This document shows, one piece after another, positions 9,539-16,927 of a stretch of 30,212 nt of DNA. Location: NCBI GenBank assembly GCA_051893755.1, contig JBJFHQ010000370.1:1-30212 (forward strand), read 5' to 3'. Made by a program: the position numbers and the translations under genes. The DNA comes from Oscillospiraceae bacterium. GTDB taxonomy: Bacteria; Bacillota; Clostridia; Oscillospirales; Ruminococcaceae. The number at the start of each line of letters is the position of its first letter. The first letter of the stretch is position 1. The notes below the pieces were generated by a model, which was given only the letters and a program-made list of their open reading frames with translations, did no database searches and was not told where the DNA came from.

Positions 9539-9608
9539 ATATAACTCTCCTTCGGTCGGGACCCTATGATCCCGCGGGAGAAACGTCTGAAATATATTAG
9601 ATAATTAC

Positions 9609-9637
9609 ATTATAACATATTATTGCAGAAATTTCTA
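9609..9637 (-). promoter_or_regulatory. Putative sigmaA promoter internal to the operon, upstream of motB
   Basis: Minus strand TAGAAA (9632-9637), 17 nt, TATAAT (9609-9614), with extended -10 TGt and an AT-rich upstream tract. Confidence 0.65.
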
Positions 9638-9722
9638 CCCTTTTTCAAAATTATTTAGGATTTTTTTGCAAAAATTCATTCAACCCCCGCAAACGGCGCA
9701 GGTTCGTGCTTTCCATTCAAGC

Positions 9723-10511
9723 CTATTCCGATTTCTTAGCTTCCTTGGGCTTAGCATTGAGGGGAAGCATCATTCTGAGCTTTTCCTCAACGAATCTGGG
9801 GTTAGCTCCCGAAATAATTGCGAGGGTACCCTCCTCGATTATCTGTAAGCAAAGGACCTCGCTGTTATGTATATAGTTGAGCTGATTTCCGAGAGGCGTA
9901 AAAATAACGTGAGCAAGCAAGCTTCCGTAGAAGGTGGTTACCAGCGCTGTGGACATGGCAGGACCTAAGTTTGAAGCAGACGCAGGGTCGTTAGGGTCCA
10001 GTGTACTAAGCATACCGATAAGTCCGCAGAGGGTGCCGACCATTCCGAACGCAGGAGCAACGCCTGCCGCACGGCTAAAGATAGCACTGTTCTGATCGTG
10101 ACGGTCGCAGAGGAAGTCGATGGAATCGTCCAGCATGGACTTTACCTTTTCGGAGTCGTTTGCATCAACGATGAGCATAAGCGCCGATTTCATAAAGGTA
10201 TCGGTGCAGGCGTTTGCCTGTTCTTCAAGAGCAAGGATACCCTTCTGACGGGCAGTCTTACAATAGTCCACCATATCTGCGATATAGCTTTCAGGGTCGT
10301 ACTTAGGGCATTTGAACGCAATTCCCATAAGCTTGCCCACCTTTTTCAGAGTAGACAGCGGGAAGTTTGCGATAACCGCTCCGATAGTACCTCCCACAAC
10401 GATAGCGACCGACGCAGGGTCCCAGAAATCGCTGAGCTTACCTCCCGAAAGTATTCCGAAAACTGTAAGGCCGAACGCAATTACCCAGCCCACGATCAAG
10501 GTTATATTCAT
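9723..10511 (-). CDS. motA: Flagellar stator A subunit (MotA/MotP/PomA family)
   Basis: 262 aa; ARQKGILALE torque residues, PAFGMVGTLCGL, GPAMSTALVTTFYG, GANPRFVEEKL. Confidence 0.96.
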   Translation of the reverse strand: MNITLIVGWVIAFGLTVFGILSGGKLSDFWDPASVAIVVGGTIGAVIANFPLSTLKKVGKLMGIAFKCPKYDPESYIADMVDYCKTARQKGILALEEQANACTDTFMKSALMLIVDANDSEKVKSMLDDSIDFLCDRHDQNSAIFSRAAGVAPAFGMVGTLCGLIGMLSTLDPNDPASASNLGPAMSTALVTTFYGSLLAHVIFTPLGNQLNYIHNSEVLCLQIIEEGTLAIISGANPRFVEEKLRMMLPLNAKPKEAKKSE

Positions 10512-10547
10512 ATATTTTTCTCCTATCCGGCGACATGCCGCTTATTT

Positions 10548-10907
10548 TTAATCAAAGATACCGTTTCGGAAATTCTCCGATTTTGTCAGGATCTCGTCAA
10601 TTTTTTCTCTTACGGTATAGCTGTGGCTGTTCTGAGTGATAAGCACCGTATCGGGTACCTCCTCCGCCATTTCAAGAAAGCTGAGATTCACAAGGATAAC
10701 GCTGCCCTTAAGTCTCGTAAGCTTAGCAAACCTCGCCCACGAGCCCGAGCTGTGAGCCGATGCAAGTATCTGGTCTACGGTCTCCTGCACGGTAAAGCTG
10801 TGGCCATTCTGCATGGTCACCACCGTATCGGGAGCCTCCTCCGCTATTTCTATGAAATTCTCGTTCACAAGAATTTCCGATTTATTCAGTCTGTTGAGTC
10901 TTATCAT
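10548..10907 (-). CDS. flbD: FlbD/SwrD family protein with two tandem FlbD domains
   Basis: 119 aa; two copies of the LxRLxxSxILVN..F.E.AEE.PDTV...QN.HS.TV.E..D.I pattern; canonical slot between flgE and motA. Confidence 0.9.
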   Translation of the reverse strand: MIRLNRLNKSEILVNENFIEIAEEAPDTVVTMQNGHSFTVQETVDQILASAHSSGSWARFAKLTRLKGSVILVNLSFLEMAEEVPDTVLITQNSHSYTVREKIDEILTKSENFRNGIFD

Positions 10908-10932
10908 ACGCTCAGTTGTTCCCTTTCAGTTG

Positions 10933-11012
10933 ATATATACTCCTCAACGGCACGGAAAGCTCACCTTCCGAACCGTTGAGGAATATATATTCACAATGTG
11001 AATATATATCCC
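10933..11012 (-). other. Structured intergenic RNA element (two overlapping hairpins) between flgE and flbD
   Basis: 18-bp inverted repeat 10933-10950/10973-10990 (one G.U on the minus strand), overlapped by palindrome 10983-11009. Confidence 0.7.
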
Positions 11013-11032
11013 GATAGATAAAGCTTAAAAAA

Positions 11033-12445
11033 TTATCTCTTAAGGTTTACAAGCTCTTCAAGCATGGAGTCCGAAGTGGTGATGATACGGGCATTTGCCT
11101 GGAAGCCTCTCTGTGTTACGATCATATCGGAGAACTCGCTTGCAAGGTTTACGTTGGACATCTCCAGCTTGGAGGAAGCCACCTTTCCTGCGCCCGAGGA
11201 GCCGGGAGCCTTGATATTCGCCTTGCCCGAAGCGGAGGACTCGCCGAATGCAGTCTCACCCAGCTGTTCGAGACCCTCAACGTTATCGAAGGTAGCGATC
11301 TCGATTCTTGCGAGCTTTTTGATCTGGCTTGCGTAGGTAGCTGTGAGCACGCCGTCGGAGCCTACCGAGAAGCCCTCCAGATCGCTGTATGCCAGCGGGC
11401 GCAGCTTCATATCGGCATAGATCGTATTGCCTCTGTCGTCGGTAGACTCAAAGGTCTTGTTTGTGGAGTTGTAGGTGTATACCTGAGTGGAAGCGGTACC
11501 TGTAGGCTTTCCGTTCTCGTCCACCTCCTGGAGAGTATACTGATAGGTCTTGAGGACCTCGCCGTTTTCGTCCTTGGTGGTGGTAGCGGTGAAGGAATAG
11601 TAGTTGCCGTTCTCGTCCATATAATAGCCGGTATCGGGGTCAAACTCAACGCCCTGGGTATTTATGTACTTTCCGTTTACATTATAGATGATGTAATCGG
11701 CAGCGACCTCTGTGGGAGTATCGGTGGGAGCTGCGAGATCGTCGTCTGTTCTCACGGTATTTCCCGAGGTATCGCGGTCGTATGCTATCTGATTGGTGGT
11801 ATCGGTGGGGTCAACGCCTGTGAACAGAGTCTGGGTAGTACCTGCAGTAGCGTCGGTGGTCCTGTACTTTTCGGGAACGTCAACGAAGTCGATCTGAGTA
11901 TAATCCTTGAATGCGTCCCATACCAGATCGTTTACGTTGATGATATCCAGCTCACCTGCATTCTCTGCGGGGATCTTCGCATCCATGAGGATAGAGGAAT
12001 AATCTCCGTCGTTTACCGTTCCGAGAACGAAGCGGTTAAGCGTATTTACGAGATTTCCCTCGGAGTCAACGCCGAAGCCGCCGTATCTTGTATAGTTTAC
12101 GCTCTCGACATTTCCGAGACTGGAAACGGTTCCTGTGATAAAGAAGCCGTCGCCGCTTATTGCAAGGTCAAGAGTACGGTTAGTGGTCTGGAACGAGGAA
12201 GCCGACATATCCTTGTCGATAGAGCTCACCTCAACGCCGTAGCCCACTGCGGACTCGTTATTTCCCGCAAAGGTAGCGGAGCCGCCCGTTGCCGACTTCT
12301 TCGCCTGATAGTAGATATCGGAGAAGCTCGTTCTTGAAGCCTTAAAGCCGTATGTATTAACGTTTGCGATGTTGTTGCCTATTACGTCCATTCTGGTCTG
12401 ATGGGCTGTAAGTCCTGCAACGCCCGAATAGAGTGATCTTACCAT
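11033..12445 (-). CDS. flgE: Flagellar hook protein FlgE
   Basis: 470 aa; RMDVIGNNIANVNTYGFKASR, DLAISGDGFF, YTRYGGFGVD, LEMSNVNLASEFSDMIVTQRGFQANAR. Confidence 0.96.
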   Translation of the reverse strand: MVRSLYSGVAGLTAHQTRMDVIGNNIANVNTYGFKASRTSFSDIYYQAKKSATGGSATFAGNNESAVGYGVEVSSIDKDMSASSFQTTNRTLDLAISGDGFFITGTVSSLGNVESVNYTRYGGFGVDSEGNLVNTLNRFVLGTVNDGDYSSILMDAKIPAENAGELDIINVNDLVWDAFKDYTQIDFVDVPEKYRTTDATAGTTQTLFTGVDPTDTTNQIAYDRDTSGNTVRTDDDLAAPTDTPTEVAADYIIYNVNGKYINTQGVEFDPDTGYYMDENGNYYSFTATTTKDENGEVLKTYQYTLQEVDENGKPTGTASTQVYTYNSTNKTFESTDDRGNTIYADMKLRPLAYSDLEGFSVGSDGVLTATYASQIKKLARIEIATFDNVEGLEQLGETAFGESSASGKANIKAPGSSGAGKVASSKLEMSNVNLASEFSDMIVTQRGFQANARIITTSDSMLEELVNLKR

Positions 12446-12483
12446 TGGTTAAATCTCCTTCGCATTATTCGGCATTATGTATG

Positions 12484-12509
12484 TCCGCCCTTCTGTCGTT
12501 CGGGGCGGA
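12484..12509. other. GC-rich stem-loop upstream of flgE
   Basis: TCCGCCC (12484-12490) / GGGCGGA (12503-12509); no following U-tract on the minus strand. Confidence 0.45.
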
Positions 12510-12539
12510 GGATTTTCTCTTCCGAGTCCGAATCCCTGC

Positions 12540-12995
12540 CTACATAATCACCGTAGAATCAATGTTTGTAAAAATATTTCCGGTCATTTCATCGGTGTTT
12601 ACGGTCGTAATCACCTTATTGTTTTTCACGCTTACCAGAAACGCCGCCTGATCAATGAGTATCAGAGCATTGTCCGACCCCTTTTCCTCTGCCAGCGAAA
12701 CAGCCTTTCCCAGCCGTTCGAGCCTTCCGTCGGAATAGAGGTCAATCCTGCGCTCGTTGATCCGTTCAACGGCGTGCTTGGAAAAATCCACGCCCGACTG
12801 TTCCGATAAGTCCTCTGCGTTTACGTCCGTTATCCTGCCCGCAGCGTCAAGCTGTTTTTGCAGCTCTGCCGCAAATGGCGATCCTGCCGCGCCGCTGTTT
12901 TCCGTGTTATCGCTTCTGCCGGCGGATACATCGGAGGCGCCTGTAGGAATGACCGACGAAATATTCCTGAGCTGCAAATATTCGCTTATAAGCAT
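12540..12995 (-). CDS. Flagellar operon protein (TIGR02530-like)
   Basis: 151 aa; FSKHAVERINER...KGSDNALIL...FLVSVKNNKVITTV...GNIFTNIDSTVIM; canonical slot between flgD and flgE in Firmicutes. Confidence 0.9.
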   Translation of the reverse strand: MLISEYLQLRNISSVIPTGASDVSAGRSDNTENSGAAGSPFAAELQKQLDAAGRITDVNAEDLSEQSGVDFSKHAVERINERRIDLYSDGRLERLGKAVSLAEEKGSDNALILIDQAAFLVSVKNNKVITTVNTDEMTGNIFTNIDSTVIM

Positions 12996-13021
12996 TTACG
13001 CTCATTCCTTTCCGTTAGAAC

Positions 13022-14818
13022 TCAGAGCAGTGTATCGGAATTATAATACGCATGCTGAGCCCACGCATTGCTGTAGCTGTCAAGGATAGCCTGTTCCTCT
13101 GCGGTATACTCCTTAGCTGCGGCTCTGATGACCTTCTCAAAGATAGTAAGCTTGTCCGCGATATTGAAATTGGTGGAGAAATCGCAGATCTCGTCCAGAG
13201 TATAATTACCGGTCGTAGTATACCATGTAGAGCCGCTGCTGCTGATTATCTCAACGCGCTGCGAACCGTCAGCCCATGTTACTACCTCGCCCAGCTTGCC
13301 CTTGCCGCTGAAGCCGATATCTGTGAAACGCTTTCCGCTTACGGTGCAGCCGAGGACAGTGTCGGTATTGATGACCGAGTTGATATCTGTGTTGTGAATA
13401 AAACGGATATCGCACATTTTTGTACCCAGTTCATTAGCAAGTGCTGCTTCTGCAGGATACTTGTTCTGGAATGCTCTGTATTCGGTAGGCCACTGAGTAT
13501 AAGCGCTGTTGCTTCCCACAGTTACGCCGAGATCAACTCCGGGACCCTCATATATCTCGGTAAGACCGCGGTCGGGATTTTTAGATGAAGTCATGTAGCT
13601 TGTTATCTGTCCGCTCTCGGTGTCAGTGCCTGACGCTGCGATGCTGCTCAGGTCGATATCCTCTTCCTCAATAAGGAGCTCTTCATCGTCCTCATCGTCC
13701 GCGCTGCTCATTGCAGAAGAATCTCTGACAGTAAATCCCTTTTCGTCGGAATGATCGTTAACTCCCGAAAGCATTGAAGAAACGTCCTCGACCTCGGTGG
13801 TATAATATCCGTCGCTGCCAAGAACCGCGCTGCGCTGTGCTGCCTGTGCTCTTTCCATGGGAGAGAGATAACCGCCGAGCACCTCGGTGAAGCTTTCGTC
13901 CTCTTCTTCATCCTTAGCGCCTTCAAAGTAGTATTCCTCCGCCAGCTCTTCGTCGTTTTCGATAGCGTTGTAATACTGTGCAAGCTTTTCGTTTGCGTAA
14001 TCATTCAGTGCATTGTTGTAATCATAGCCGTCCTCTGCCAGGAACATCGAAGCCTGTGAATCAGCAACTGACGCATATGAAACTGCGCCGGAATTTGCCG
14101 CCGCTTCGGTCTGAGCCGAGGTATCGTCGGTCACGGTACTGCCTGCGCCGCCGTCTGCCGCGGTATTGTCAGTATTGCCCTCTGTAACAGTATTGTCAGT
14201 ATCTGTCTCATCGGAGTCGTCACTGCTTGTATCAGGGGATATATTTGAGATCTCGGAGAATGCATAGAGCCTGTTATTGATAACAGCATAGCCCTCACCG
14301 CCCTTGACGATGATATTGGTGATCTTGCCTGTATACTCGCCGAGTTCGCTGTCCTTGACAGTTCCGTTCATGCCGATGACCTTGCTGATGGTGTTATAGG
14401 TGTTGGTATCAACGATATCGGTGACCTTATCGGAATCGTACTTAGTTCCGTTGACAAGCAGCTGATATTTGCCGTCGCTGATGATAACGCTTTCAACCAC
14501 GCCTGTATCAAAGTTGCTTCCGTCGTTGACGGTAACAGCCTTTCCTACCAGCGAAGCCGCATAGGAAATCTGCGTCTGCTCTGTCATCTGGGAGATAGCT
14601 TCCATCATGGAATAGCTTGCCATCTGCTGGATAAACTCGGAATCGCTCATAGGATCGTTGAAATCCTGATTGGACATCTGAGCCACCATAAGCTTCAGAT
14701 AGCCGTCAAAATCGAGATAGCTTGCAGAATCGGCATCTGCATCGGTATCCACCTTTGTGGAATAATATTTCAGAGTGACCGCACCGTTGGCGGAATCAAT
14801 GGCTAAATTATCTTCCAT
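13022..14818 (-). CDS. flgD: Hook-capping protein FlgD with very large C-terminal extension
   Basis: 598 aa; N-terminal LDFDGYLKLMVAQMSNQDFNDPMSDSEFIQQMASYS FlgD signature; SD AAGGAGG; 16-nt overlap with fliK. Confidence 0.9.
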   Translation of the reverse strand: MEDNLAIDSANGAVTLKYYSTKVDTDADADSASYLDFDGYLKLMVAQMSNQDFNDPMSDSEFIQQMASYSMMEAISQMTEQTQISYAASLVGKAVTVNDGSNFDTGVVESVIISDGKYQLLVNGTKYDSDKVTDIVDTNTYNTISKVIGMNGTVKDSELGEYTGKITNIIVKGGEGYAVINNRLYAFSEISNISPDTSSDDSDETDTDNTVTEGNTDNTAADGGAGSTVTDDTSAQTEAAANSGAVSYASVADSQASMFLAEDGYDYNNALNDYANEKLAQYYNAIENDEELAEEYYFEGAKDEEEDESFTEVLGGYLSPMERAQAAQRSAVLGSDGYYTTEVEDVSSMLSGVNDHSDEKGFTVRDSSAMSSADDEDDEELLIEEEDIDLSSIAASGTDTESGQITSYMTSSKNPDRGLTEIYEGPGVDLGVTVGSNSAYTQWPTEYRAFQNKYPAEAALANELGTKMCDIRFIHNTDINSVINTDTVLGCTVSGKRFTDIGFSGKGKLGEVVTWADGSQRVEIISSSGSTWYTTTGNYTLDEICDFSTNFNIADKLTIFEKVIRAAAKEYTAEEQAILDSYSNAWAQHAYYNSDTLL

Positions 14819-16386
14819 AGTTTTGCCTCCTTTGCAATATAATCGGCATCTGTGCTCTGTGAAACACCGCCGACCGTCAATTCGTCCTCTTCCTCGCTGT
14901 CAAAGCGGGTGCCGTCTGTTCTGTGATGCTCGCCCATGCCCTGCTGTCTGAAATTAAAAGCATTCTGTCCGCCGCTCATATCAAACGCAAGGTTCTGTCC
15001 CGACTGAGCAGGCTCAACAACGTTTATGCTGCTGACCTCGGTTCCCTTATCGGAAAGCGCCTGTGCAAGCTGTGCGGACCTGTCGGCGATAAGCTCGTTC
15101 ACATCACGGTTCTGCGCCGCAAATGTCACGGAGACCGCACCGTCCGCAGCCTTTTCGATCTTCACGGTGATCTCGCCCAGCGTTTCGGGAGTGAGCCTTA
15201 TCACAAGCTCCTTGCTTTCGGTAAAGCCGTCTGCCTGTTCCTCAAGCTTTTCGATGATCTGCTCCATAGTCTTAAACTGTGTTTCCTCGGGGACGCTTTC
15301 GGTCATCTCGGGCAATTGTACCTCCGATGAGCGTGTGTTCTGTCCCAGCTGTGCCGCTGCAGCTTCATCGTTTATCTCGTCGGAGCCGCTGCCGATCTTC
15401 GGGAGCACCCTTTCGCTGTTTTCGATAACTGCGCCGTCCTCTTCGGAGATATCCGCCGATCTGACGTTCACCTTAGAAGCAAACGAGATAAAGGTAACAT
15501 TCTGGAAAATATCCTCGCCCATATCGGCTGTCTGCATTTCCGGGGGAGCTGCCTGTGAGCTTGTCTGTGCATTTTCGGGCTTGACCGTGACTATCTCCTC
15601 GGAAAATCCTGTAGTTTCCGCCGCATTTTCCGCTGCTGCCGAAACTGCTTCTGCCAGCTCCTGTGCGAGCTGTCCGATAGTTTCATCATCCGCAGCGCCG
15701 ATAAGCGCCGCAAGCTGAGTATCGAGCTGCTTTTCGCCCTCATTTTCGGGAGAGACATCCGCAAAGCTTACAAACGAGAATATCCCGCCTGCCGCAAGAG
15801 CAGAAAGTGTGGCATCATCGTACTTTGTGTCAGACTTTACCTTCATTCGGCTCATGTCGATGTTCTCAAAAAGTCCTGCCAGCACATCGCCCGATGACTT
15901 CTCGTCATTCTTCCCGCCGCCGAAAAGCGCCGTGGAAAGCTCTGCCGAAAAGCTTGATATCTGGGTGATATCCGAGCTTGTCAGACTGTCGAACAGCTGC
16001 TGCCAGATGTCGGTATAGTCCGTGTCCTCGCTGTCGGTGCCCTCTGTGAACAGGAAATCGAACAGGTCGGTATTACCGGACTTTTCGCTTTCAGCCGACT
16101 TCATTGCAGACTGTAAATATGAGCCCACAAGGTACTTAAGCGCCGTTTCCGTGCTTTCGGACATAATTTCCGCCGTTACGCTGTCCGAGGAAAGCGTTTC
16201 GGGAGAGAATACTTCCGCCGCAGAAATATCCGCCGAGCTGTCTGTGGGAGTGCTCATAAGTCCGCCCAGTATGCCTTTGAAGGAGCCGCCGTCCGATACA
16301 CCGGAAAAATCGGAGACCGCACTGCCTGTTCCCGCCGTCATAGCCGAAAGTGCACCGCCTAAGACTGCGATATTTGTCATATCCAC
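14803..16386 (-). CDS. fliK: Hook-length control protein FliK
   Basis: 527 aa acidic, low-complexity N-terminus; C-terminal ELVIRLTPETLGEITVKI...VSVTFAA FliK domain; GTG start after AAAGGAGG; between fliJ and flgD. Confidence 0.92.
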   Translation of the reverse strand: MDMTNIAVLGGALSAMTAGTGSAVSDFSGVSDGGSFKGILGGLMSTPTDSSADISAAEVFSPETLSSDSVTAEIMSESTETALKYLVGSYLQSAMKSAESEKSGNTDLFDFLFTEGTDSEDTDYTDIWQQLFDSLTSSDITQISSFSAELSTALFGGGKNDEKSSGDVLAGLFENIDMSRMKVKSDTKYDDATLSALAAGGIFSFVSFADVSPENEGEKQLDTQLAALIGAADDETIGQLAQELAEAVSAAAENAAETTGFSEEIVTVKPENAQTSSQAAPPEMQTADMGEDIFQNVTFISFASKVNVRSADISEEDGAVIENSERVLPKIGSGSDEINDEAAAAQLGQNTRSSEVQLPEMTESVPEETQFKTMEQIIEKLEEQADGFTESKELVIRLTPETLGEITVKIEKAADGAVSVTFAAQNRDVNELIADRSAQLAQALSDKGTEVSSINVVEPAQSGQNLAFDMSGGQNAFNFRQQGMGEHHRTDGTRFDSEEEDELTVGGVSQSTDADYIAKEAKLWKII

Positions 16387-16455
16387 TGCAAAAACCTCCT
16401 TTCATATAAATAGTATATATCAAAACGCCCCGCCGAAACGAAGCGGTCTGACCAT

Positions 16456-16902
16456 TTACTGAGCCTTTCTGAAGGAGCTCACGCTGACATATTCCTCGAT
16501 GAACTGCTCCTCGCTTTTGTTCACAGCGAAGCGATACTCCTCGAGCTGCTTGTCCTTGAGCCTTTCCAGCGAGTTCACGTCCTTGGACACTTCCACCACC
16601 ACGTTTGTCTGACCTGCTATCTTACCGTCCAGGGCGGATATCTCGTCCTCCTTGTCCTTGATCTGTCTTATAAGCGCGCTGTGGAAATTCTTGAACATGG
16701 TTATATCGTTTACCGTCATGCCTCTTGCGGCCTTTTCGGCATATTCCTCGCCGGAAAGACGCAGCTTTTCTTCAAGCTCCGCCTTTTCGTCCTCACGCTG
16801 CCGTTTTTCGGCGCGCAGCTGAGCAAGGTCGTTCTTTTCCTTGGAAAGCACCTGATCCTTATAGTCCAGCAGCTTTTCCAGCGTGAAATTAAAACGCTTC
16901 AA
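16456..16902 (-). CDS. fliJ: Flagellar export protein FliJ
   Basis: 148 aa; MKRFNFTLEKLLDYK start, coiled-coil, LERLKDKQ; directly after fliI. Confidence 0.93.
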   Translation of the reverse strand: MKRFNFTLEKLLDYKDQVLSKEKNDLAQLRAEKRQREDEKAELEEKLRLSGEEYAEKAARGMTVNDITMFKNFHSALIRQIKDKEDEISALDGKIAGQTNVVVEVSKDVNSLERLKDKQLEEYRFAVNKSEEQFIEEYVSVSSFRKAQ

Positions 16903-16927
16903 TACGAATACTTCCTTTCAATGATCG

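Noticed and set aside
9684-9705. Weak hairpin after the motA stop as a terminator
   Set aside because: About 5 bp with G.U pairs, and the U-run is not adjacent.
10098-10979. 293-aa plus-strand ORF
   Set aside because: Antisense shadow of motA/flbD with no recognisable motifs.
16421-16446. Short hairpin between fliJ and fliK
   Set aside because: Only about 5 bp; indistinguishable from chance.
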